This document shows, one piece after another, positions 11,989 through 23,969 of a DNA stretch of 30,325 nucleotides. Numbering within the stretch: the stretch's first letter is position 1; the number at the start of each line of letters is the position of its first letter. Location of the stretch: the NCBI GenBank assembly GCA_963805625.1, contig CAWDVE010000015.1:1-30325 (forward strand), read 5' to 3'. Position numbers and translations under genes: made by a program. The DNA comes from an uncultured Candidatus Rokubacteria bacterium. Its GTDB lineage: Bacteria > Methylomirabilota > Methylomirabilia > Rokubacteriales > DASRDR01. The notes below the pieces were generated by a model. It worked only from the letters and a program-made list of their open reading frames with translations, did no database searches and had not been told where the DNA came from.

Positions 11989-13707
11989 ATGGAAAAACGC
12001 GCACTTATAGCGATCGCGCTGTCCGTCGGCGTACTGCTCGCTTGGCAACTCTGGGTCGGCACACCCACCCCGCCGCCTGAGCGCCCACGGTCCCCGGAGA
12101 CCACCGGGACGCCGGCTGTCCCCACCCCCGGGGTGGACGTCGGGATACCCCGGCCGACCGCGGTGCCCCGGGGAGGACAGGCGGCCGTGTCCGTCGCGGA
12201 GGTGGTCTCGCCGCTTTACCGGGCGAGCTTCGCGGCCGACGGGAGCGTGACCGCCTGGACCATCGAGTATCGCGGGGCGAAGCGACTCGTGGTGGAGGGC
12301 CCGCTCCGGCCGCTCACCGTCGCGGTCCAGCGGCCGGGGCAAGCCGTGGAGCTCGTGGCGTTGCGGCCGGATGCGGCCCGGGTCGAGGTCAGCGCAAGCC
12401 AACCCTCCGGGAAGCTGACCTTTACCGGAAGCACGTCTGACGGCCTGCGCATCCGGCGGACGCTCGAGTTCCGGGCGGATTCCTATCGGGTGGGCGCCGC
12501 TTTCCAGGTTGACGCGCCAGCCCGGGGAGCTGGACCCGTGGACGTGCTCATGTACTGGACCACGCCGGTCTCCGAGCGAGACGCCACCCCGGCCCACCCG
12601 TGGCACACGTTTGGGGAGGGCAAGGATGGGCGGCACCTCCTGGGGCGCATCCTCATCGACCGGCCAGGGGCCGATCCCGAGGCGCACGATGCCCCCGCCC
12701 CGGTGCTGAAGGACGCCAAGGAATCGCCCGGTGGGCCCGAGCTGAAGGATCCGCTGGTGGTGCCGGATGCCGTGGTCACCGGCGAACACCGGTGGGCAGC
12801 GCTCGAGGACGACTACTTCATCGCGGCCTTGGTGGGCCGACCGGGAACCGCGCTCAGCCGGGGACGCGCGCGCGACGTCGCGCAGGCCGGGCTCGTGTTC
12901 CGCGACGTTCAGACCGTCGCCGGGCAGCCCTGGGAGGGGACGGGCGATCTCTACGTCGGGCCGAAGGAGTGGGAGCGTCTCCGGGCCCTCGGTGTCGGGC
13001 TCGAGTTGGCGCAGGCCCGGAACTACGGCCACTTCTTATGGGTGGCGTTCCCCATGTGGTGGTTCTGCGTGCCGCTCCTGTGGCTGATGAACTTCTTCGG
13101 GACCTGGCTCCCCGGGCAGAACTACGGGGTGGCGATCATCCTCCTCACGGTGCTCGTGAAGGTGGTCTTCTTCCCGCTCTCCCTCAAGAGCATGCGCTCG
13201 ATGAAGGCGATGCAGGCGCTCCAGCCGCAGCTGAACGCGCTGCGCTCCAAGTACAAGTCCGATCCCCAGCGATTCCAGCGCGAGCAAATGGAGATGTTCC
13301 GGAAGCAAGGCGTGAACCCCATGGGGGGCTGCCTTCCGATGGTCGTGCAGATCCCGATCTTCTACGCCCTCTACCTGACGCTCCAGTACTCAGTGGAACT
13401 CCAGGGGGCGCCCTTTCTGCTCTGGATCAGCGACCTGTCGAAGAAGGACCCGTACTACGTGCTCCCGATCCTGATGGGCATCTCCATGCTGGTCCAGCAG
13501 AAGATGACCCCGACCGTCGGGGACCCCCGGCAGGCGCAGATCATGATGATCATGCCCGTCGTGTTCACGTTCATGTTTCTCGAGTTCCCCACCGGGCTGG
13601 TGCTCTATTGGCTCGTGAACAACTGCCTGTCCATTGGGCAGCAGTATCTGATTGACCGAAGTGCGGCACCGCGGAAGGCCGTCGAGCGGGAGGCGCGCCG
13701 GGCCTGA
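11989..13707 (+). CDS. yidC: Membrane protein insertase YidC
   Basis: 572 aa. N-terminal TM, periplasmic domain, NYGVAIILLT, NPMGGCLP..VQIPIF, DPYYVLP, GLVLYW. Confidence 0.97.
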   Translation: MEKRALIAIALSVGVLLAWQLWVGTPTPPPERPRSPETTGTPAVPTPGVDVGIPRPTAVPRGGQAAVSVAEVVSPLYRASFAADGSVTAWTIEYRGAKRLVVEGPLRPLTVAVQRPGQAVELVALRPDAARVEVSASQPSGKLTFTGSTSDGLRIRRTLEFRADSYRVGAAFQVDAPARGAGPVDVLMYWTTPVSERDATPAHPWHTFGEGKDGRHLLGRILIDRPGADPEAHDAPAPVLKDAKESPGGPELKDPLVVPDAVVTGEHRWAALEDDYFIAALVGRPGTALSRGRARDVAQAGLVFRDVQTVAGQPWEGTGDLYVGPKEWERLRALGVGLELAQARNYGHFLWVAFPMWWFCVPLLWLMNFFGTWLPGQNYGVAIILLTVLVKVVFFPLSLKSMRSMKAMQALQPQLNALRSKYKSDPQRFQREQMEMFRKQGVNPMGGCLPMVVQIPIFYALYLTLQYSVELQGAPFLLWISDLSKKDPYYVLPILMGISMLVQQKMTPTVGDPRQAQIMMIMPVVFTFMFLEFPTGLVLYWLVNNCLSIGQQYLIDRSAAPRKAVEREARRA

Positions 13708-14473
13708 GCCGGCGGCCGCGAGCGCGCGACCGCCGGGCGGTCGGGGCCCGCAGGATCTCGGGCGAACGCTCCGGGATGCCGCCGCCGCGCTCGCTCTCAC
13801 GCTGCCGTCTGCCTTTCCGACCCAGGTCGACACCTACCTCGAGGAGCTCGAACGCTGGCAGCAGATCGGGAGCCTGACGGCCTACCGGGACCGCGCCGCA
13901 CGCGTCCGGCATCTCGTGGTGGAGTCCCTCATGCTGCTCGCCGTGATCCCCGAGCCGGCCTCTCCCCTGCTCGACATCGGAACCGGTCCGGGTATCCCAG
14001 GCCTGATCTTGAAGCTGGCGCGTCCGGACTGGGAGGTCGTGCTGATCGAGGCCGCGCAGCGACGGACGAACTTTCTTCGGCACGTGGCCCGGGAACTTGG
14101 TCTCGAGGGCGTCAGCATCCTCTGGGGCCGCGCCGAGGTGCTGGCGTCGGGCGCGTTGGCCGGGCGGTTCCGGACCGTGACGATGCGGGCGGTGGCCACG
14201 GGCGATGCGGCGCGGGCGCTCGCCGCGCCCTTTCTCGCTCCCGAGGGCACGCTGGTCCTTCCGCTGGGGCCGATGGGCACGGCGGGGGGCGGCATCCACC
14301 GTGAGATTACGCTCGCGGTCCCCGGGGAATTGCCCTGGCGGCGCCAGTTTCTTATAATTCCCGGGACGGCGTTGGACACAGGCGTTCCACGTGGAACAAA
14401 ACGAGCAGCCGGGTCGGTGCATCGCGGTCGTGAACCAGAAGGGCGGCGTCGGGAAGACCACGACGGCCGTTAG
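13652..14473 (+). CDS. rsmG: 16S rRNA m7G527 methyltransferase RsmG (GidB)
   Basis: RHLVVESL, LLDIGTGPGIPGL SAM motif, FLRHVARELGL, RAE, TMRAV. Canonical position before parA. Start uncertain (TTG 13652 or GTG 13661). Confidence 0.85.
   Translation: MTEVRHRGRPSSGRRAGPEPAAASARPPGGRGPQDLGRTLRDAAAALALTLPSAFPTQVDTYLEELERWQQIGSLTAYRDRAARVRHLVVESLMLLAVIPEPASPLLDIGTGPGIPGLILKLARPDWEVVLIEAAQRRTNFLRHVARELGLEGVSILWGRAEVLASGALAGRFRTVTMRAVATGDAARALAAPFLAPEGTLVLPLGPMGTAGGGIHREITLAVPGELPWRRQFLIIPGTALDTGVPRGTKRAAGSVHRGREPEGRRREDHDGR
14330..14358 (+). promoter_or_regulatory. Sigma70 promoter for parAB, internal to rsmG
   Basis: TTGCCC-N17-TATAAT (perfect -10) in otherwise GC-rich coding DNA. Confidence 0.7.
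14383..14398. promoter_or_regulatory. parS centromere site
   Basis: CGTTCCACGTGGAACA: a 14-bp perfect palindrome matching the TGTTNCACGTGAAACA consensus, at the start of parAB. Confidence 0.92.
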
Positions 14474-15218
14474 TCTGGCGAGCGCGCTGGCTGTTGCCAA
14501 CCGTCCGACCCTCCTGGTTGATCTGGACCCGCAGGCGAATGCCACGGCCGGGCTGTCGCCGGAAGGGACTCGTGGTGAGGAGGGGACCATCTACGACGTC
14601 CTGGCCGAGGGGCGCTCAGTCGCCGAGAGCGTTCGCGAGACGGCGGTGCCGGGGCTCACGCTCCTACCGGGGAGCCCCGACCTGGTGGGGGTGGAGGTGG
14701 ATCTCGCGACGACAGCCGCCAGAGAGAGCCGGCTCCGCGTGGCCCTTGCCCCCATTCGGGAGCGGTTCCGGTATCTGGTGATCGATTGTCCTCCCTCGCT
14801 CGGCCTGCTGACCCTCAATGCGCTGGTCGCTGCCGAGGGGGCCCTAATTCCTCTTCAGTGCGAGTATTTTGCGCTTGAGGGGCTCGCCCAGCTGGTGCGT
14901 ACCCTGGAGACCGTCCGAACCCGGGCGAACCCAGCTCTCGAGATCGAGGGGATCGTGTTCACTCTCTTCGACGGACGGACCACTCTGACAGCCCAGGTAC
15001 GGGCCGAGGTCGAGCGTTACTTCAAGGGGCAGGTGTTCACGACGGTGATTCCACGCAATGTCCGGCTCTCTGAGGCGCCCAGTCACGGGCGGTCCATTCT
15101 CCAGTACGACCTCCGGTCCCCCGGCGCGGTCGCCTACCTGGAGCTGGCGAAGGAGGTTGTGGGGCGTGATGAAGCGCGCACTCGGACGGGGTCTGGGCGC
15201 TCTCCTGCCGCCGGCTGA
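14391..15218 (+). CDS. parA: Chromosome partitioning ATPase ParA/Soj
   Basis: NQKGGVGKTTT, DLDPQANAT, IDCPPSLG, PLQCEYFALEG, IPRNVRLSEAPSHG. Confidence 0.97.
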   Translation: MEQNEQPGRCIAVVNQKGGVGKTTTAVSLASALAVANRPTLLVDLDPQANATAGLSPEGTRGEEGTIYDVLAEGRSVAESVRETAVPGLTLLPGSPDLVGVEVDLATTAARESRLRVALAPIRERFRYLVIDCPPSLGLLTLNALVAAEGALIPLQCEYFALEGLAQLVRTLETVRTRANPALEIEGIVFTLFDGRTTLTAQVRAEVERYFKGQVFTTVIPRNVRLSEAPSHGRSILQYDLRSPGAVAYLELAKEVVGRDEARTRTGSGRSPAAG

Positions 15219-16059
15219 GCCCGAGGACGGCGTTCGGCTCCGGGAACTGCCTGTCGAGAGCCTGATTCCGAACCCCCAGCAGCCAAGGCGGAGCTTCGAT
15301 AGCCAGGCGCTCGACGAGCTGGCCGCCTCGATCCGATCCTCTGGAGTGCTCCAGCCGCTCGTGGTCCGGCCGCGGGGCGGCCAGTTCGAGATCCTCGTGG
15401 GAGAGCGGCGCTGGCGGGCGGCTCAGCAGGCCGGGCTCACCCGGGTGCCCGCGATCGTGCGCGAGGCAAGCGACGCCGAGGCGCTCGAGCTCGGCCTGGT
15501 CGAGAACCTCCTTCGCGAGGATCTCAACCCCGTCGAGGCCGCGCAAGCGTACCAGCGCCTCCTGGCGGAGTTCGGCTGGACCCAAGAGGAGCTGGCGCGG
15601 CGGCTCGGGAAGGACCGCTCCTCCATCGCGAACGCGCTCCGGCTTCTCCGGCTGCCCGAGCCGATCCAGGACGATCTCCGGACTGGCCGCCTAACGATGG
15701 GCCATGCGCGGGCCCTGCTGGGCCTCCCCTCGCCCGCGGCCCAGCTGCGCCTCCGTGAGCGCATCCTCGCCCAGGACTGGTCGGTCCGCGCCACGGAGGC
15801 GGGCGTCCAGGCGCGGCGGCCGGGGCGAGCGAAGCCCCGCCGCCGTACGCCGGACGTGGAGGCCATGGAAGAAGAGCTCCGCCTGGCCCTCGGCACCCGC
15901 GTACGGGTCGTGGGCAACCTCCTGCGGGGCCGGATCGAGCTGCCGTACACATCCGCGGGAGAGCTGGAGCGCATCCACGGCCGCCTCACGAGCGGTCCTA
16001 CTCCCGCCGAGCTCGAGCGGATCCACGCGCGACTCACGGGCAGTCCTGAGATAATCTAA
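15169..16059 (+). CDS. parB: Chromosome partitioning CTPase ParB/Spo0J
   Basis: MKRALGRGLGALL, PNPQQPR, GERRWRAA, ENLLREDLNPVE, HTH. AGGAGG RBS. Start is 15166 GTG or 15169 ATG. Confidence 0.97.
   Translation: MKRALGRGLGALLPPAEPEDGVRLRELPVESLIPNPQQPRRSFDSQALDELAASIRSSGVLQPLVVRPRGGQFEILVGERRWRAAQQAGLTRVPAIVREASDAEALELGLVENLLREDLNPVEAAQAYQRLLAEFGWTQEELARRLGKDRSSIANALRLLRLPEPIQDDLRTGRLTMGHARALLGLPSPAAQLRLRERILAQDWSVRATEAGVQARRPGRAKPRRRTPDVEAMEEELRLALGTRVRVVGNLLRGRIELPYTSAGELERIHGRLTSGPTPAELERIHARLTGSPEII
15961..16047 (+). repeat. 48-bp-period imperfect tandem duplication at the parB 3' end
   Basis: ELERIHGRLTSGP (15961-15999) and ELERIHARLTGSP (16009-16047). Confidence 0.85.
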
Positions 16060-16088
16060 TAAAACAAAACTAACAACAGTAAAAAGTA

Positions 16089-17171
16089 ATGTCAGCCATT
16101 GTAGTCGGGCTCAGTGGGGGTGTGGACAGCTCGGTGGCGGCCGCCCTGCTCCGGGACGCCGGTCACGACGTCGTGGGGGTGACGCTTCGCACGGCGCCCT
16201 GGGAGGTGCCCGAGGAGGCCGCCACGCGGTTTGGCTCCTGCTGCTCCCCGGCGACGGCGGGGACGGCGCGGCAGGTCGCCCGGCGGCTCGATATCCCGTA
16301 CTACCTCCTGAATCACGAGCGGGAGTTCGGGGAGCGCGTCATCGCAGACTTCACGCGCGAGTACGGGGCCGGGCGGACGCCGAGCCCGTGCGTGGTCTGT
16401 AACCGCGAGATCAAGTTTGGCACCCTCCTCGAGCGTGCGCTCGCCTGGGAAGCGGACGCCGTGGCGACGGGGCACTACGCACGGGTCGCCCCGGACCCAC
16501 GGACGGGACGGGTGTGCCTCCTGACTGCGCGGGACGAGGCGAAGGACCAGAGCTATTTCCTCTGGCCGCTGACCCAGGCGCAGCTCGCCCGGGCGCGCTT
16601 TCCCCTGGGCGGCCTTCGCAAACCCGAGGTCCGCGCCCAGGCGCGGGCGCGCGGCCTTGCGACGGCGGCGACCCCCGAGAGTCAGGAGCTCTGCTTCGTG
16701 AGCGGCGACTATCGGACGTTCCTCCGCGCCCGGGCGCCCGAGGCGTTCCGCCCGGGCCCGATCGTCGACGAGGCGGGGCGCGAGGTCGGCGGGCACGTCG
16801 GGCTCGGCGGCTACACGGTGGGCCAGCGTCGCGGTCTCGGTCGGGTCGGGCCTGAGCCCGCCTACGTGCTGCGGCTCGATCCGTCGCGGAACGCGGTCGT
16901 GGTGGGGCCGCGCGAGGCGCTTCGGGCGACCCGGCTCGTCGCGGAGAGCGTCAACTGGATCGCGGTCCCGTCGCTGACAGCGCCGCTCGAGGTCGAGGCG
17001 CGCGTGCGGCACCGCGCGCCGCGCATCCCGGCGCGCGCCATACCCGGCGATGCCGGCCAGGTCGAGATCCTGCTCCAGGAGCCCCAGTACGCCGTCACGC
17101 CGGGCCAGTCAGTCGTGCTCTACCGCGGTGAGGTTGTCGTCGGCGGCGGCGTGATCGCGTGCGCCGCTTGA
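16089..17171 (+). CDS. mnmA: tRNA 2-thiouridine(34) synthase MnmA
   Basis: SGGVDSS, GSCC, TPSPCVVCNREIKFG, ATGHYAR, KDQSYFL, ESQELCF, TVGQRRG, VTPGQS. Confidence 0.97.
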   Translation: MSAIVVGLSGGVDSSVAAALLRDAGHDVVGVTLRTAPWEVPEEAATRFGSCCSPATAGTARQVARRLDIPYYLLNHEREFGERVIADFTREYGAGRTPSPCVVCNREIKFGTLLERALAWEADAVATGHYARVAPDPRTGRVCLLTARDEAKDQSYFLWPLTQAQLARARFPLGGLRKPEVRAQARARGLATAATPESQELCFVSGDYRTFLRARAPEAFRPGPIVDEAGREVGGHVGLGGYTVGQRRGLGRVGPEPAYVLRLDPSRNAVVVGPREALRATRLVAESVNWIAVPSLTAPLEVEARVRHRAPRIPARAIPGDAGQVEILLQEPQYAVTPGQSVVLYRGEVVVGGGVIACAA

Positions 17172-17197
17172 CACTCTTCCAAAGGCCATGGTATCCC
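17168..17197 (+). promoter_or_regulatory. Putative atp operon promoter
   Basis: TTGACA (overlapping the mnmA stop)-N18-TATCCC with extended -10 TG. Confidence 0.6.
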
Positions 17198-17199
17198 CT

Positions 17200-17222
17200 A
17201 GGGGGCTGCTTGCCCCTTTTTT
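17200..17222 (+). terminator. Intrinsic terminator after mnmA
   Basis: GGGGC-TGCTT-GCCCC hairpin followed by TTTTTT. Confidence 0.55.
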
Positions 17223-17249
17223 CACAACATCCCCGCCCGCGAGGCTGAC

Positions 17250-17864
17250 ATGACAGGGAACCGGTTGGTGGTGGGTCTGCCCGTTGGCGTCATCGCGCCG
17301 GCCGAGCGCGCGCTCGTGCTGGCAGCGGTGGCGCTCGGCCTTCCCGCCTGGGCGCATGCCTCCGAGGGCGAGGGCAGCAGCCTCATCGAGGTCAACTGGA
17401 CGCTCGGCGTGCAGCTCATCAGCTTTCTCCTCCTGCTCACCGTGCTCTACAAACTCCTGTATCGCCCCTTGCTGGCGGCGCTCGAGGGCCGGACCGCGGC
17501 CATCCAGCAGCAGCTCGCGGAGGCGCAGGCGGCGCGCGAGGAGGCCCAGCGCCAGCTGGGGGCGATGGAGGAACGGATCCGGGCGGCCCAGGCGGATGCC
17601 CAAGCCCTCCGGGAGCGCGCACTTCGTGAGGCAGCGGAGCTACGCGAGCGGCTCAGCGCCGAGGCGCGGCAGGAGGCCGCGCGCTTGCTCGAGGCGGCCC
17701 AGGTACAGGTGGGCCAGGAGGTCCGACGCGCGCGCACGGAGCTTCGGGCCGAGGTGGGCACGCTCGCGATCCAGATCGCCGAGCGGCTCGTCCGCAAGAG
17801 CCTCAGTGACGAGGACCACCAGCGGCTCGTCAGGGAGGCGCTGACCCGGATCGAGCCGGCGTGA
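17250..17864 (+). CDS. atpF: ATP synthase F0 subunit b
   Basis: [35 protein letters not shown] segment followed by a coiled coil. Precedes atpH. Start uncertain. Confidence 0.93.
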   Translation: MTGNRLVVGLPVGVIAPAERALVLAAVALGLPAWAHASEGEGSSLIEVNWTLGVQLISFLLLLTVLYKLLYRPLLAALEGRTAAIQQQLAEAQAAREEAQRQLGAMEERIRAAQADAQALRERALREAAELRERLSAEARQEAARLLEAAQVQVGQEVRRARTELRAEVGTLAIQIAERLVRKSLSDEDHQRLVREALTRIEPA

Positions 17865-18417
17865 AGCGGGACGCGGCCGTCGCCCGCCGCTACGCCCGGG
17901 CGCTCCACGCACTCGCGAGCGAGGCGCGCCGGGCCGAGGCCGTGGCGGACGAGCTGGCGGCGTTCGACCGGCTCCTCTCGACCGAGCGCGAGTTGCGAGA
18001 GGCGCTGCTCCGGCCGTGGGTGAAGGCGGGGACCAAGCGCGGCATCGTCCTCGAGGTGGCAGGCCGGCTGGGCGTGTCGCCCCTCACGCGGAACTTCCTG
18101 GCGCTCGTCGCCCAGCGCCGGCGGCTCGACATCCTCGGCGAGATCCTCGCCGCCTACCGGACGAGGGTGGACGAGGCCGCCGGGCGGATCCGGGCGCGCG
18201 TCCGCAGCGCCGCGGCCCTGTCGGACACTGCGCGGGCGGCGCTCCGCGAGCGCCTCGGGCGGCGCCTGGGCAAGACGGTTCTCTTGGATACGGTGGTCGA
18301 CCCGGGTCTCCTCGGCGGTTTCGTTGCGGAGGTGGGCAGCCGGGTCCTGGACATGAGCGTCGCGGGCCAGCTGGCGGCCCTCAGGGAGCGCATCATCAAG
18401 GGAGTAGGGGGAGCGGC

Positions 18418-18421
<4 letters not shown>
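17861..18421 (+). CDS. atpH: ATP synthase F1 subunit delta
   Basis: [28 protein letters not shown]. Confidence 0.95.
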
Positions 18422-19947
<1,526 letters not shown>

Positions 19948-19967
19948 GACGGACACGGCCCGACCCG

Positions 19968-22287
<2,320 letters not shown>

Positions 22288-22305
22288 GGGCGGCGGGCGG
22301 CGGCG

Positions 22306-22725
22306 ATGGCAGACCGGCTCCGGCTCGAGGTGGCAACCCCGACGCGACTCGTCGTGTCGGGCGAGGCTGACGAGGTCGTGGTTCCCGGCGTGGAGGGCTC
22401 GTTCGGCGTCCTGCCCGGCCACGCGCCGCTCCTGAGCCTCATCGGGACCGGGGAGGTGACGTACCGCTCCGGGCGTGAGGAGCATCACCTCGCGGTCAGC
22501 GGCGGGTTTGCCGAGGTCGGTCCCGACCACGTGACGGTCCTCGCCGAGAGCGCGGAGCGGCCCGACGAGATCGACCTCCCGCGCGCCCGCGCGGCCCGCG
22601 AGCGCGCGGAGCAGCGCCTCCGGCCCCAGGCCGGCGAGGAGGTGGACGTGTCGCGCGCACTCAGCGCTCTCGCGCGCGCCCAGGGGCGCCTGCAGACCGC
22701 GACCCGGCGGCCCGGCGGCGCGTGA
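22306..22725 (+). CDS. atpC: ATP synthase F1 subunit epsilon
   Basis: LEVATP, GSFGVLPGHAP, VSGGFAEV, AERPDEID. Confidence 0.96.
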   Translation: MADRLRLEVATPTRLVVSGEADEVVVPGVEGSFGVLPGHAPLLSLIGTGEVTYRSGREEHHLAVSGGFAEVGPDHVTVLAESAERPDEIDLPRARAARERAEQRLRPQAGEEVDVSRALSALARAQGRLQTATRRPGGA

Positions 22726-22775
22726 GCGCCCCGCGCGGCCCGGGCCGATCCGAGCCGCGTGACGGAGCCCGCGCC

Positions 22776-22804
22776 TTGACACCCCCAAGGGCGGTGAGTA
22801 GGCT
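22776..22804 (+). promoter_or_regulatory. Sigma70 promoter of the hypothetical/DUF507 operon
   Basis: TTGACA-N17-TAGGCT, 25 nt before the ATG at 22829. Confidence 0.65.
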
Positions 22805-22828
22805 CAAACGGGGGTTTCGGGCGCCGAC

Positions 22829-23323
22829 ATGGGACAGCCTGGACTCGTGCGGGTCTGTCTCCGCGACAAGCAGCGCCGGGTGAGCGGGCTCGCGCGCCCG
22901 TGGCGTGTGCCCGCGCTCGTGGGCGCGCTCGACGCCGATCCCGAGACGATCCCGGATCTCCTCGTCTCCGCCCAGCGGTTCTTCTACGGCCATCCGTTCG
23001 CCACCACGAGCTACGAGGGACTTTTCGGCGCCTTGAAGCGCGCGCGGCTCGATCGGCGCTACACGGAGACGCCGGCCGGTCACGGGCTCGCCGTGTTCGA
23101 TCTCGACGCGCGCCGGGTCCGCGTCGAGACGCGGGGCATCGGATGGCGGCGGGCCGGCTGGCTCTACTACCATGACGGCGACGCCTTCACCCGCCGTCGC
23201 GTGGCGTACCGGGTCGCCGAGTCCTGGCTCATCGAGGGTGTGCCGGCGGAGCGGGCGCCGCAGATCGAGTGGAACGACGGCGGCCCCGAGCCGTTCGAGC
23301 AGCTCGTGGCCGGGGGCGATTAA
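22829..23323 (+). CDS. Hypothetical protein (164 aa)
   Basis: GC3-biased ORF between a promoter and the DUF507 gene. Globular composition (ALDADPETIPDLL, AVFDLDARRV, YYHDG). Confidence 0.85.
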   Translation: MGQPGLVRVCLRDKQRRVSGLARPWRVPALVGALDADPETIPDLLVSAQRFFYGHPFATTSYEGLFGALKRARLDRRYTETPAGHGLAVFDLDARRVRVETRGIGWRRAGWLYYHDGDAFTRRRVAYRVAESWLIEGVPAERAPQIEWNDGGPEPFEQLVAGGD

Positions 23324-23324
23324 C

Positions 23325-23603
23325 GTGCGGGGCCGGGAAGAGATCGCAGGCCGCATCGGGGACGTCATCGCCAAACGCCTGATCGGGCGCCGCTTCATCG
23401 AGGCGAAGGACGAGGCGCGGGTGCGCCAGGCGATCCAGCGCGTGATCGTGGACAACCTGGTCGCCGAGGAGCAACTCGACGTCGAAGCTCGCCGGATTCT
23501 GCAGGGCTACGCGCGAGACATCCGGGATCAGGGCCTGGACTACCGCCAGCTCTTCACGAAGACACGAGAGAAGCTCGCGCGCGACCGAGGATTCGTCCTG
23601 TGA
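23325..23603 (+). CDS. DUF507 family protein
   Basis: MRGREEIAGRI...EEQLDVEARRILQGY...LDYRQLF...KLARDRGFVL, a typical short DUF507 pattern. GTG start one base after the previous stop. Confidence 0.85.
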   Translation: MRGREEIAGRIGDVIAKRLIGRRFIEAKDEARVRQAIQRVIVDNLVAEEQLDVEARRILQGYARDIRDQGLDYRQLFTKTREKLARDRGFVL

Positions 23604-23884
23604 TGAAGTGGAGCCGCGAGCGGCTGTTTCACCTGTCGGCGCGCCTCGCGGAAGAGGTGCTCGCCCAGTCGGGTGTGGTCGCCCTCAAGACCCCGGACGA
23701 CGTCCGGAACGAGATTCTCCGGACCCTCTCGGACGAGACCCGCGTCGAGGAATCGATCGACGCCGAGGTCCGCAAGATCCTCGGCAGCTACGCGCGGCCC
23801 GTCCCGGAAGGAAGCCCGGAGTGGGAGATCCTCTACCAGAAGACCCGCGACGAGGTCTTCCGGCGCCGGTTCCGCCTGGCGTGA
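23603..23884 (+). CDS. DUF507 family protein (second paralogue)
   Basis: MKWSRERLFHLS...IDAEVRKILGSYARPVPEGSPEWEILYQK. TGATG coupling to the previous gene. Confidence 0.85.
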   Translation: MKWSRERLFHLSARLAEEVLAQSGVVALKTPDDVRNEILRTLSDETRVEESIDAEVRKILGSYARPVPEGSPEWEILYQKTRDEVFRRRFRLA

Positions 23885-23969
23885 GCCCGCCGCCCGCCAC
23901 AGGCCGAAGGCCGTCGAACCAGACCCGGCCCTCGCCCCCCTTCCCCCCGTCCCATCCAAGGAGATAGGC

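Noticed and set aside
17212-17229. TTCACAA as a possible Rex operator before atpF
   Set aside because: Only one half-site. The TTGTGAA arm is missing.
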